This document shows, piece by piece, positions 21,547-32,802 of a DNA stretch of 64,000 nucleotides. The first letter of the stretch is position 1. Every line of letters begins with the position of its first letter. The position numbers and the translations under genes are program-made. This stretch comes from an uncultured Methanosarcinaceae archaeon (lineage in GTDB: Archaea > Halobacteriota > Methanosarcinia > Methanosarcinales > Methanosarcinaceae), in the NCBI GenBank assembly GCA_963733675.1, contig CAVTET010000001.1:1-64000 (forward strand), written 5' to 3'. Under the pieces are notes generated by a model. The model searched no databases and was not told where the DNA came from. It worked only from the letters and a program-made list of their open reading frames with translations.

Positions 21547-22500
21547 ATGCACAGACTCGAACTTGTGAAAAGAAACGTTCAGGAAATTGTAACAGAAGAA
21601 GAACTTGAAGAACTTCTTAACAGAAAAGAAGTTCCATGTGCCTATGTAGGATATGAGCCAAGCGGGAAAATTCATATGGGACATGTTCTTACAGTAAATA
21701 AACTAATTGATTTGCAAAAAGCTGGATTCAAGGTTATTGTCCTTCTTGCAGATATACATGCTTATCTGAATAGAAAAGGCACACTTGAAGAAGTCCGGAA
21801 AGTTGCAGACTATAACAGACGCTGCTTTGTTGCTCTAGGACTTGATGAAAAGAAAACTGATTTTGTATATGGTTCAGACTATCAGTTTGGGGCTGAGTAC
21901 ATGTTAAATGTTCTCAAGCTTTCAAGGGCAGTAACCCTTAATAGGGCGCGCAGGAGCATGGATGAAGTTGGGCGTGCTATGGATGACCCGACTGTCTCCC
22001 AGATGGTATACCCCCTGATGCAGGCTGTTGACATTGCAATGCTCAAAGTTGATGTTGCTGTTGGGGGTATTGACCAGAGGAAAATCCATATGCTTGCCCG
22101 CGAAAACTTAAAAAGTATTGGATTCAAAACACCTGTCTGTATTCACACTCCAATTCTCATAGGATTAGACGGAACAAAGATGTCTTCTTCAAAGGATAAT
22201 TTCATTTCAGTGGACGATACTGGAGAAGAGATTCACAGAAAGTTTAAGAAAGCCTACTGTAAAATGGGAGACTTGGAAAACAACCCGATTCTTGCTATTT
22301 TACGCTATCATATTTTTCCCAGATATGAGACAGTTGTTATAGAGAGACCTGAAAAGTTCGGTGGGAATCTGATATACACCAGTTACTACGAAATGGAGAC
22401 CGATTTTGTGGCAGAAAAAGTACACCCTATGGACCTGAAAAATGCAGCTGCAAAATGCATAGATCAAATTTTGGAGTCTGTTAGAAATGTTCTACTCTGA
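21547..22500 (+). CDS. tyrS: Tyrosine--tRNA ligase
   Basis: YVGYEPSGKIHMGH (HIGH), YPLMQAVD, GGIDQRK, KMSSS. Confidence 0.97.
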   Translation: MHRLELVKRNVQEIVTEEELEELLNRKEVPCAYVGYEPSGKIHMGHVLTVNKLIDLQKAGFKVIVLLADIHAYLNRKGTLEEVRKVADYNRRCFVALGLDEKKTDFVYGSDYQFGAEYMLNVLKLSRAVTLNRARRSMDEVGRAMDDPTVSQMVYPLMQAVDIAMLKVDVAVGGIDQRKIHMLARENLKSIGFKTPVCIHTPILIGLDGTKMSSSKDNFISVDDTGEEIHRKFKKAYCKMGDLENNPILAILRYHIFPRYETVVIERPEKFGGNLIYTSYYEMETDFVAEKVHPMDLKNAAAKCIDQILESVRNVLL

Positions 22501-23057
22501 ATAGATCTCGTTGGCTTAGAAGTTCGTGGCCATGTGATGAAAGTAAGGATTAAAACATGTGAGAATTTCGATTATTCCACTAATTATTTTTATACTTATC
22601 TCAACCGAGAATTTCTAAGTCTCAGCAATCATTCTCTTTTGAATTTTTCCCTTTCCAAACCCAATTTAATTGCAAAGATATTTTATATGATTCAGACATA
22701 TCTGAAGCTGAGAGACAACGCTATGAGATATTTCTATGTCCAGAATCTATCAATGTAAGGATACTTTTACTATGAATATCTGTAGACTTATTTCTACTAT
22801 TTTACTTAAAGCTGTTAGTTTTAATACTCAAATATGTTTATTTTTAATAACCATCTTCTTTGTATAAGTCTGAGAATTCGAATTTATGAATGAAATTTTT
22901 TGATATTTTGGGTAAATTTTTGATTGCTGAATCATAATATTAAGTGTAAATTGTGCAATGAATTCTGAGTCACTTTCTCTATCTTTTCGTGTGTAAAAAC
23001 CTTCATATTTTGTGCATTTCCAACTATAACTTGTAGATGCTTTATCAATGAATTGGT

Positions 23058-23105
23058 AGTGTACCTAAAGTTCTGTAAAATCTGCTCTATATCCTTTAAT
23101 CTTCT
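23058..23105 (+). mobile_element. Isolated IS terminal fragment (ISH3-like)
   Basis: AGTGTACCTAAAGTTCTGTAAAAT is a 23/24 inverted match to 25747-25770. Confidence 0.6.
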
Positions 23106-23594
23106 TTTTTATTACTGTTCCATTACTACTCCAATTGTGACTGGGTGTATAACCCTTACACCAACAAGTGGGTATGGGCCTGCTAACCAGTGAATATAGA
23201 CTGTAATATATTCGAGTTTTAAAACCAACTACGCTCTTACGACAATGTATCTCAAAATCTGTAAATTTTGATTGGACCTGCATCACTTTATTTGTGGTCT
23301 GTAAAAATTTTAAAGATCGCGAAAATATGAATAAAAAAAGGACTGACAGCAGTTTCCTTATTTGCTTGGGTACTGATCCATATGGTATTAATACAGAAGG
23401 CATTTGATCAATCTGAACAAGAGTTATAAGGAATAAAACAATAGATAATGCAAATAAAGGGAATGCGAGGACAAGAAGTGCAATTGGATGGAAAGTGTAA
23501 TAATCGTTTAGGAGATGAAAATGACTAGCTCGGATAAATATAGAACACAGGAAATTTGTATTGCATCACTATCCTGATTACTTAATTTTTTGCT

Positions 23595-24104
23595 ACAGAT
23601 TCCTTTAGGATATGAATACAAAAGTAGCAAGACAAATGAAATAATTTAGGAATATTCAAAGAAAAATGCGCTCCAAAAAGACGACTCTGCCATAAAAAAT
23701 ATCAAAAGGACTTTAAATCACCCTTTGATGGCGATCTTTTATATTTAATGGTAAAATTCGTTCTTCTGTTTGCAGTCCTTACAATAATTACCAAGGGGAA
23801 AATAAAACTCATTTTGGATTCAGTTCTCATGGAATCCTGGGCTACTGTACCTCAATTCTTTTTACTCTTATCCTTGCCCACTCTTCTCTCAGAGCTAGAA
23901 TTTCCATAAGTGAGATTATCTACCTTGAGTATTTCTACTTTGTAACGTACATTGCAATCTTGGTTGTTGCCCTGAATTCAATAGCTTTTGCGTCAAATAG
24001 GCTTATCCCCTTCATTGATGCAAAAGACAACATGCACATGGAGGCCCTATACTGGTCTGTAATCATAGAATCCTGCTTTTCGTCACAATCTGAAGTTTTA
24101 TTGA
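23595..24104 (+). pseudogene. C-terminal transmembrane fragment of a Methanosarcina Cache-domain pentameric ligand-gated ion channel-like protein
   Basis: KDFKSPF, VLLFAVLTI, HSSLRARI, IIYLEYFYFVTYIAILVVALNSIAFAS, IPFIDAKDN, ALYW across frames; N-terminal part absent. Confidence 0.6.
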
Positions 24105-24650
24105 CAGGTATATCCCATGTGGGATTCTAAATAAACTTATTGATATTTGAAAATCGATTATCTATGTGTATTGCAGTATGATTTTTACTTTTATTGAGCA
24201 TAAATCGGTGAAAACTTGTATATTCCTGTAAGCTATAGAATAATCTAGTTCACAAAAACATAGACAGAAAACAGAAAATGCTTGAACATTTTTCATCGTT
24301 CATAGTATCACTTACTAAAATCGTGCAAAAGTATGATTTTCTAAAAGTCAGTCAATTTGTGTTTTTCATAATTAATCTTATTTCTCGCAGGACTCAGTTC
24401 CAAAATCAAGAGATTTTGTAAAACTAAAAAAATCACTCGATTTTGGAATAATAATTTGATATTAATTATGTTTTTTTATTTCCAGATCTTCATAAATTTA
24501 AATTTGAGACTTTTTTCTAAAAAAAACAATTTATATTAATTTTAGATCAGATTCTATATTTTAAAGGCCTCATTATAAATTCTGCAAAAGCTAAAATGTT
24601 CCCAGAAAGTTTACTCTCCGGTAGTAACTGGTTTCTTTTTCGGTGAAGTT

Positions 24651-25139
24651 CTATTCTTCAGCAAAGGCTACACGCAGTTTGCCTTCTTCTTCCTTGGACA
24701 GGTTGGTAGCAATGATTTCAAACTTGGATTGTTTCATAGCTTCTACTACCCTATCCTCAACTGCATCGCTAGTCATCAGAAAGAGAGCTGAAGTTCCTTC
24801 AGTAACTTTGCTACGGATCGATTTCATGAAATCTTCATCGATTCCCATATGGGTCATTGAACCGACTAGCGCACCTAGCGCCGCCCCGGCGACTAGACCA
24901 ACCAAAGGAATAAAGAAGAGAATTCCAAATAGTAGACCCCAAAAAGCGCCACTCAGTGCACCTATGCGAGTTAAATGAGTCAGATGCTCAGTTTTTGGTT
25001 TATTTTTTCCTTTAACCCACGTGACTATAGCTGCATCTTGTAACTTAATCATTTGTTGCTTGCTTAAATCCTCAATTACTTTAAGTTCATTTTCTGCACC
25101 ATCAGCAGTATCAAACTTCAGAACTGTTAATCTTGCCAT
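24651..25139 (-). CDS. DUF1269-family membrane protein
   Basis: LQDAAIVTW, GALSGAFWGLLFGILFFIP, GIDEDFMKSIR, GTSALF. Confidence 0.9.
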   Translation of the reverse strand: MARLTVLKFDTADGAENELKVIEDLSKQQMIKLQDAAIVTWVKGKNKPKTEHLTHLTRIGALSGAFWGLLFGILFFIPLVGLVAGAALGALVGSMTHMGIDEDFMKSIRSKVTEGTSALFLMTSDAVEDRVVEAMKQSKFEIIATNLSKEEEGKLRVAFAEE

Positions 25140-25609
25140 TACTCTATCTCCTTTTCTGCTTTTGATCTCTTAATTTTTGTTGCCACATAAACAAATATCT
25201 AAATTATTTTTAATTAATTGTGCAAAAAATAGTTTCGGGATAAATGTTACTTCTACATAAAAATTTTTAATAGCGAACAATAATTTAATATTAATAATGT
25301 TTTTATTATTTCTAAAATAATTTCTAAATTTTGCATAGAGTTCCTTCTAAAACGCAACGCGGTTTCCCTCATATCAAATTCTAGTGGTGTACTGGTTCAT
25401 TGAACAATTTGAATTTATTATTTCCCTAATTTAGGAGATTTTTTAATGTCTTCTGGAATCGCGAAAATATACAATTGATTTCACTTGCAATTGACTGAAG
25501 TCAATCGAAAATCCAGAAAAGAATACAAAATTTCTAATTTGTTGCCGTGTGATCCCCATATAAAAGCAGGATGTAAAATCAATGGTTATGCTGACAAAGT
25601 TTATTTTTC

Positions 25610-25773
25610 TGGTTGCATTAATGCATAGATTTTTGCTATATAATTCTATGTATCAGTGAAAACAATAAAAACAGAAGCTTTGTCAGTAAAATTATTGGCT
25701 CTGCATCCTATTTTTGCAATGAAAAAAAGGATGAGTAGCAAGTCATATTTTACAGAACTTTAGCTACACTGTC
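25610..25773 (-). mobile_element. ISH3-like terminal remnant
   Basis: Ends in ATTTTACAGAACTTTAGCTACACTGTC; a diverged homolog lies at ~27256-27378. Confidence 0.55.
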
Positions 25774-25799
25774 CACACAAATAGTATTTATTTAATCTA

Positions 25800-26221
25800 T
25801 TTAAATGGAGTTCTTTTATTGTACCCTGCATCTGTCATCAGATCTATTTTCTTTAGATAAAGTACTTTTATTGTGCAAAGCTTCTGAATTGCGGGTTAAT
25901 TTAAATTACTTTGTCATATGCTTCTAGTGCTTCATTGTACTTTTCTGAGCTCAGTAGATGTGCTGCTTTATGAAGCCAAGCATCTTCATTTTTCGGGTTA
26001 ATTTCAATTGCTTTGTCATATGCTGCTAGTGCTTCATTGAACTTGGCTGAGCTCAAAAGATCGTCTCCTTTATGGACCCAAGCATTTGAAGATTGTAAAA
26101 CATTTAAAGATTGCTCCATGCCTGCGATACCCACTAGGATTAAAAACTCAAGCACAGTGATTCTTATAGCCGTTATGATGGTATGCCTTCGACTTGCTTT
26201 ATCATATATCGCTTTTTTCAT
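25800..26221 (-). pseudogene. Secreted TPR-repeat protein truncated by a nonsense codon
   Basis: TPR motifs ALAAYDKAIEINP and ALEAYDKVI*INP (likely GAA>TAA at 25903-25901). Confidence 0.8.
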
Positions 26222-26436
26222 TTTCAGTCTCTTGATATTTAATTATATATTAATAATGAAAAATAATTAAACGAATAAACATGGTTAATACTTCACGCTA
26301 TAAATTAAACATTTTAACTTAAATATTATATTTAGTAATTTATTTAAATTATGTTGCTATTATAATTTTTTTATGTAGAATATATCAAAACTTTTAAAAT
26401 CCCATATCTACGTTTTAATTACATTTTTTAATTTTT

Positions 26437-26690
26437 ACAGTTTTTGGCATTATTACCATTACTATTACTATTCCCAATCACTGTTAAGGATCCCACACCC
26501 ACTCACAGTCCGGAAGTAAATGACATCAAGATAGTGATCTATGATGGTCATGGGGATCATGTGAATGAAGATCATGGGACTATATAATTCGGCGTTAGAT
26601 GACCCAGCTGTCAATGATACTACTAAGAAAAATAACAATAATAAAACTGGTATCTTTTTTTCTATCAAATGTTTGTTTTTTATTTATCTT
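26437..26690 (-). pseudogene. Small secreted peptide remnant with His-rich middle and Cys/Trp-rich end
   Basis: Signal peptide KKIPVLLLLFFLVVSLTAG; other frames HDLHSHDPHDHH, DCEWVWDP, DWE***W**C. Confidence 0.5.
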
Positions 26691-27255
26691 CTTATTTTGT
26701 TCAATCTGATACATTTTTAATCAACCTGGGACTTATATAGTTAAATAACAAAATAAGTGGGATGGAAACTCATTGTGTAGGTCTTAAATTATCACTAAAT
26801 TATATTTTCACAGCATATCCCAGTGAAAAGTGCTTTCAAATTGCATTATCTGTATACCACCATCCAAAGAATATACAAATTTAAGAAATATAAATAAGAA
26901 TCTATATTGAATAAAATTAGATGATATCAAATTATCGTTCTATGCTATTTGGTTGGTGTTGTTTCCAGAATACTCTTAATCCCCTTTCTCAGCTTTTTTT
27001 GTTCCCGATCTATGTGAAGTGGGAAAAGATATATTTCAATAAATTAAAACACAAGTATTCGTTAGTCTGGAAACTTAACCTTAAAGATATCAACCAAATA
27101 TATAACTGTAAATTGATCTAAAAGACGAGTTTGTTAAAATCAAATTGATTTGCGTCTCTCTATACTCTTAAGTTTATGAGTATTGTAATAGTGTAAAAAA
27201 TTGTAATGGAATGTTGACGTTGGGATATAACATGTTTTACTTTAAAAACTGTGCA

Positions 27256-27378
27256 TCAATTGAAACAACAGAAACATAAACGTTGTCAAGAAAAATATTG
27301 GCTCTGTATTCAATTTTTCATGATGAAGTAAAGTGATACAGAGTCAATCAGAATTTATAGATATTTAGATACATTGTC
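27256..27378 (-). mobile_element. Diverged ISH3-like terminal remnant
   Basis: Aligns by eye with 25653-25773 (TATTGGCTCTG...ATTTTT; ends TTTAGATACATTGTC). Confidence 0.5.
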
Positions 27379-27395
27379 GTAAGAGCGGAGTTGGC

Positions 27396-27665
27396 TTTAA
27401 AACTTGAATATATTACAGGTCTATACTCACTGGTTAACGGTCCATATCCACTGGTTAGTTAAGGGCTCCATATCAAGTCACAGTTAGGTAATAATATAGC
27501 CATTTCTTTCGCAGCTTTTATCTGCCCATTATCAATGTCTATGGCTACAATTTTCTTCTCTTCAACCACAGCAGGCTTTGTGCTCACTGCTGTAGCTGTC
27601 ACTGATACTACTAAAAAAAACTACCAGCAAACTAGCCAGTACCTTTGTTATTCTAATAGATGATT
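27396..27665 (-). pseudogene. Small secreted peptide remnant with Cys/Trp-rich C-terminus
   Basis: IRITKVLASLLVVF/LVVSVTATAVS signal; PNCDLIWSP / LTNQWIWTVNQ*V*TC. Confidence 0.55.
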
Positions 27666-28918
27666 GTTTCAACATTCATTTCACTCCTTCATCGACATTA
27701 GGATATTTGTATATGATTTTCAGTTTAACTATGTAAGTTCAGATCCATTATTAATTAGCATTAGTATATATTATTGCTTCTATATTAATAAATATTTTTA
27801 TTTATATCATGTTACATTCTTTTTTTATTTATTAAGTTTTATAGCTACTATACAATATATACATAACAAAGTTATGTTTAAGAAGCAGATTGGTTAGGGT
27901 ATTCCCTAACTAGAAATCAGTATTTAGATTAGCAGTCTCAATATTCATTGATATAAATGAAGACTAGATCACAGGAAAAAGTATGTAATAATGTAATGGT
28001 AATCAAAAAAAGATTAAAGGGTATAGAGTAGATTGTACCGAAAATTATGCACGCTGCCCGAATCTACAGTCAGAAATTCCCACATCTCAACTATCAAAGT
28101 CTGCATTATTGGCCGTTTCCTGCCATGGAATGTCCTTTACACGTGTTTTGATATCTATCTTAATCGATAATATTCTTTAAATTTACACTTCAAGAACAGA
28201 TCAAATATTTTGGTATTTATTGATCTATGATTTCAACAAATTGTTTATAATGCTTATATATGGAATTTGTTGCACCAGATGTTTTCTATTCCTCCATATA
28301 CTTTTAAATAATGACATGAAAAATAGTATCATTAATATAAAAATTAATTTTCTTTATATTCAAATAAAAAAAATTGATTTGGGGTAAGAAAATGGATCAA
28401 AAAGAAACCATGCTCAATTGCAATATGATGGAACTTATGGTAAGGATCTGAGCGTTGCAAAAATTACCTATTATGAAAATCAAAATTATAATGAATTGAT
28501 TTGAAATTGATACTGTTGATGGTGCACACATCAACAGTATTCAATTTACTTCAAAAAAATTATTTATCTGCTCTCTGCAATAGTATAAGCTGCACTACTT
28601 TATAACCTTTTTTCTCGGAATTATTTATCTTTAAAATATGATAGCCATTTTGGGTAAAAATTTTGCGATACAGGTACTTTTTAGTTATTTGAACTAAAAA
28701 ATATCCAAAATCCATTTTGGTTTCACTGACTGTAAGATTGCCATGAATTAAAGGGCACAAAGAGGTAATACGGTTGTTATGAAGCTTAGAGAAGGAATTT
28801 TTTCTAAAGATGGTGGATGCAGATAGTTTCAATTATTTTATTGATGAACTAATTTCCATCAAATAGAATGATCTTCGAATTTTTCTAACTAATAATATAG
28901 GGAAAAAGAGTTCAATAT

Positions 28919-29441
28919 ATGATCAATAAACAAAAGTTGTATTCTATGGTCTGAGTTTCAGCAGCTATGATTTTGATGCTGGTAGTACCGCAGGTGCAGG
29001 GAGTACGCATATATTTCAAACTATGGCAATATAGTCATTGTTTCTGTAATTAACACAACAACTAATACTGTTATAGCCACTGTAAATATAGGAGATCTCC
29101 TTATGTATATGCAGTCACCCTGACGGATCAAAGGTATATGTGACAAACTCAAACTCTACTAGTTCCTGCACTATCTCTGTAATTGACACAACCAGAAATA
29201 ATGTACAGCCCACGTGAACGTAGGAAATGGTCCTACTGGAGTTGTAGCAACTCCTGATGGAACAAATGTATATGTGGTAAACTACTTCAGTAACAATATT
29301 TGTGTAATTGACACAATAAACAGTACTGTCACAGCAATGGTTAATGAGGAAATTATCCTATTAGCGCCGGGATTTTGCAGGAAAATCGTGCAGTTGTTCA
29401 AGAATATCCTGTTCGAAGTTATCGAACCTTGGAACGAGTAG
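28919..29441 (+). pseudogene. YVTN beta-propeller surface protein remnant
   Basis: MINKQKLYSMV* signal; VSVINTTTNTVIATVNIG, GSKVYVTN, VNVGNGPTGVVATPDGTNVYVVN. Confidence 0.85.
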
Positions 29442-29821
29442 AATCTCTCTTAACGCGCCGAAAGTGTAGTGCCTGCAGAAAATGATGTGAAAAACGATGA
29501 TCAAGACTTTCAGCCAAAGGATACATGGTAATCTGGTCCTGGACTACAAGGACCCACAGGTGTAGATCATCTGATTAGCATGGCTTAGCATTATAAGGAG
29601 GTTACAAGTCAGGTTTCGGTATCTTCGGGGAGGATGGTGCAGAGATAGCAGTAGAAAAGTTTAATATAATGAGTAAAGTGGCTAAAAGTAAAAAGACTGT
29701 GAAGAAGTCTCAAGATGCGCCTTTCTCATGTTACTCCAGTAATGTAGACACAAATATATACGAAACGAAGAAAAAAGAAAATTCACTCTTCAAGTTTTCT
29801 CTCAGAAAACGAGGTGATCAA

Positions 29822-30724
29822 TTGAAAAATTCCGGTTTTAACAACGAAGTGTCTGTTGGAGTTATCGGTTTCGGGATCATGGGAAGCTCTTTTGCTTTTA
29901 ATCTTTTGTCACGAGGCTATAATGTTCATGTCTACAACAGGACTGAGGAAAAAGCTAAACCACTACTCAAAAAGGGTGCCATTTTTTATTCTACACCAAG
30001 AGAGCTAGCTTTGGTAACAGACATTATTATAACATCTTTGACTGATCAAAATGCCATTGACACTGCAGCTTTTGGAGAAGATGGATTTCTCAATGGAGCG
30101 AATAAGGGCTGTTTATGGATTGATCTGAGTACAATAGACCCTTCAGCATCAATCAGATATTCTGAAGTAGCTAAACAGTCAGGCTTAGAAAGACTAGACA
30201 CACAAGTAGTAAGGAGTAAGGATCTGGCTTTAAAAGGAGATCTTGTCGTTCTAGTTGGAGGAAGTCGTGAAGTATTTCAAAAATATGAGCAATTTCTCAA
30301 CGATGTCGGAAAAACCGTCATTTACTTAGGAGCAGAAGGCAACGGTCACAAAATGAAGATGGCCATTAATCTGTATCTCGGACTTTTTGCGGAATCATTC
30401 TCTGGAGCCCTGGCCTTCTCACAAAAGCTTGGTTTCGACGCCAAAACTTTCGTTGAAACCGTTAACAAAACTCCACACAGGGACTATATTTCCGAAAATA
30501 AGGGACCAAAGATCGTACAAGGCGATTTCGAACCAGCTTTCTCACTCAATAATCTATTCAAAGATTTGGAGCTTATAAAAGAACAAATAACTAAAACCGG
30601 GGCTATATTGCCAATGACAAAGGTGACTATCAAGGAATATTCCGAAGCAGTACAAAATGGTAACGACAAGAAGGACTTCAGCGTCATTGCGCTGGAAATC
30701 CAGCATAAAAATGGATTAGCTTAA
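29822..30724 (+). CDS. NAD(P)-dependent oxidoreductase, beta-hydroxyacid dehydrogenase (3-hydroxyisobutyrate dehydrogenase-like) family
   Basis: VGVIGFGIMG, YNRT, DLSTIDP, catalytic GHKMK; TTG start at 29822 follows GAGGTGAT RBS. Confidence 0.88.
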   Translation: MKNSGFNNEVSVGVIGFGIMGSSFAFNLLSRGYNVHVYNRTEEKAKPLLKKGAIFYSTPRELALVTDIIITSLTDQNAIDTAAFGEDGFLNGANKGCLWIDLSTIDPSASIRYSEVAKQSGLERLDTQVVRSKDLALKGDLVVLVGGSREVFQKYEQFLNDVGKTVIYLGAEGNGHKMKMAINLYLGLFAESFSGALAFSQKLGFDAKTFVETVNKTPHRDYISENKGPKIVQGDFEPAFSLNNLFKDLELIKEQITKTGAILPMTKVTIKEYSEAVQNGNDKKDFSVIALEIQHKNGLA

Positions 30725-30757
30725 ATCATAAGAGTCTGATCAAACTCAGACATTAGA

Positions 30758-30952
30758 ATGCAAAAACCAAAGAAAACAGTCAATCTACTTCAAAGTTTAG
30801 ATCCTGTCAGGTTTCCATTAATATCAGGAAAGCAGATATGTGAACCGATTTCCTGTTATGGTCCTATTGTTCTGAACATGAAAGATGATCTGTGTATTGC
30901 TTTTGAAGAATACAACAATTGGACTTTTATAAAGCATAACAAATCTGGTTAA
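30758..30952 (+). pseudogene. Pirin C-terminal fragment
   Basis: LISGKQICEPISCYGPIVLNMKDDLCIAFEEY resembles the pirin C-terminal G-P-EP-GP-VMN motif. Confidence 0.7.
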
Positions 30953-31239
30953 TAAAGAGATTTTTGTAGTAAAATTTCTGAATTTCCTCAGTTCCATACA
31001 AAATAAGAAGGTATTGTTGATCTATGACTCATGGAGCCTATGGGCCTCATAGAGTATAAAACTCTAAAATTGAGTACCTAAAACATTCAATATTCTTTAT
31101 ATATATAAAGGGTTTTATTAGTGGTTCTGAGCATACCCTAAAAGCTGGAAAATGACCCAATTTTTCGTCATACTTCCAGATATTTAAACCACGGTTAGTA
31201 AGTTTAGTGAGCGAAAACTCAAAGAAATCTTCGTTTTTT

Positions 31240-31907
31240 CGTATCTATTTAGCCTGTGATCTTCTTCCTCTATAGCTGACCATACCAAATATCAGCGTTC
31301 AGCCCATGAAAGCTAACATGAACATGGCTTGCCGTCTCTTCCTTAGTCGCAGGTGTACCTGGGCCGTCTAAAATAACATTGGCCACATTCCTCTCCAGGG
31401 CCTCTAGGTCTCGGGATCAAGCTCGTTTTTGCTCTCGTTAAGCCAGCTACTATGCCGGAACTCTACAGGGTAATCATGCTCACGAGTAGGAAGGGCATCT
31501 AGCAGGTCCTTTGGATTGCTTAACGCTTTATTAGATTTCTTGAAGTAGGGTGAAAGCTGTAATAATGCACACTATAAAAGATTAGCATCAGCCAGAGGCT
31601 TAGCACAGGTTTTCTCAAAAGTAGTCGCCCATATTATAGCGTTTTCCAGATTTCCATCTACGAGAGCCTTATGTGTAACTAGCTGAGGCATCTTAACCGA
31701 ATATTCGAATCTTTTTTGCGCCTCTTCAACCAAGAATTAACTTGGAACTCTCCTGGAGGTCAGAAGAAGGTGCTATTGATCTCTACAGTTTTGAAATACT
31801 TGGCATAATAGGTGACATTCTCCTTTCTTATTTGCCATATCGTGAGGGTAGAAGGGACCTACCCAGTCATCATATGACCAACCGGAAGTGCCAACGAGGA
31901 TTGTCAT
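31240..31907 (-). pseudogene. DUF72 (YecE-like) protein, frameshifted
   Basis: MTILVGTSGWSYDDWVGPFYP; YYAKYFKTVEINST; KMPQLVTH; LLQLSPYF; VEFRHSSW in shifted frames. Confidence 0.85.
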
Positions 31908-32029
31908 AAGTCTGCTATATCCTTGAGGCAGGTTTAAATCCATTTTCTCAAATATTAATCTATGAGTAGACTTTCTAGCATTTGCTTCAACATATGAATT
32001 TTTCCCAAAAAAGCGTAATTCTATGCAAA

Positions 32030-32392
32030 TTAAATTCCTCCGCTCTCCCATTTCTCAAGTTTCTGTCCCAAGCGTTCAGCCCAAGAACTAACCACATTCA
32101 TTACAATATTTTTTACTTCAGCTCTTGAATTAATTTTATATCTGTAAATATATCCTCCACCATCCAAGTTTTGCTGTGACCTCTGCAAAATTTCTTTTTC
32201 ATGAAGTTTCTTTACAGATCGCTGGATTGTGGAGATGTCCAGGTTGAAAGCTTTCGAAAGAGATTCGGTATCAACCCAGTGCTCATTCTCGCTCAAGAAA
32301 TATTTCCTAACTGTAAGGTTAGATTTAGTAATGTTAAGGGCACATTTGATTACATCTTCAACTTTAAATTCTTTACAAGCAAAGTCAATCAT
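32030..32392 (-). CDS. TrmB-like HTH transcriptional regulator
   Basis: MIDFACKEFKVEDVIKCALN...LDISTIQRSVKKL...QQNLDGGGYIYRY. Confidence 0.85.
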   Translation of the reverse strand: MIDFACKEFKVEDVIKCALNITKSNLTVRKYFLSENEHWVDTESLSKAFNLDISTIQRSVKKLHEKEILQRSQQNLDGGGYIYRYKINSRAEVKNIVMNVVSSWAERLGQKLEKWESGGI

Positions 32393-32439
32393 AAAAGTTA
32401 AGGTGAACAATACTTTCATTTTTTTGCGCCTGTTTTTCG

Positions 32440-32570
32440 AAGAATTTCATGTTCTTTTGGCTTAGCCCGATTGTTAATCAACACGGGATGCCTTTTTTCA
32501 TGAATACGCATTCAGGGAATTCTTCAGATAAAAGTATAATTCTAGAATCAATCAAGTCTCTTAAAAGTAA
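32440..32570 (+). mobile_element. IS1634-family transposase internal fragment
   Basis: IVNQHGMPFFMNTHSGNSSDKSIILESIKSLKS. Confidence 0.7.
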
Positions 32571-32802
32571 TGGGTCTTACACAACCGAGGACGTCTTCAC
32601 CTTCCTGGACAAACAGGGCTTCGAGGTCAGGGGGGTCTCTGTAATGGTTGGGCTCATGAACACCTGCCTGGGCATCCCGTAGCATAGACGTCTCAGGCGA
32701 TCATAATATATACTCCCTCAAGGACGATCACAGGAGTGTGGTAAAGTCCGTCCTGGATAACTATTAATCCGGTTTTAAGAAAACGTTAATTCTGTTTTTC
32801 AA

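Noticed and set aside
29669-29821. 51-aa N-terminal extension of the dehydrogenase
   Set aside because: A strong GAGGTGAT RBS precedes the in-frame TTG at 29822 and the extension is not family-like
32377-32389. AAGCAAAGTCAAT match to the array C core at the start of the TrmB-like regulator gene
   Set aside because: A single AT-rich 13-mer constrained by coding (MIDFAC); plausible by chance given the many motifs compared
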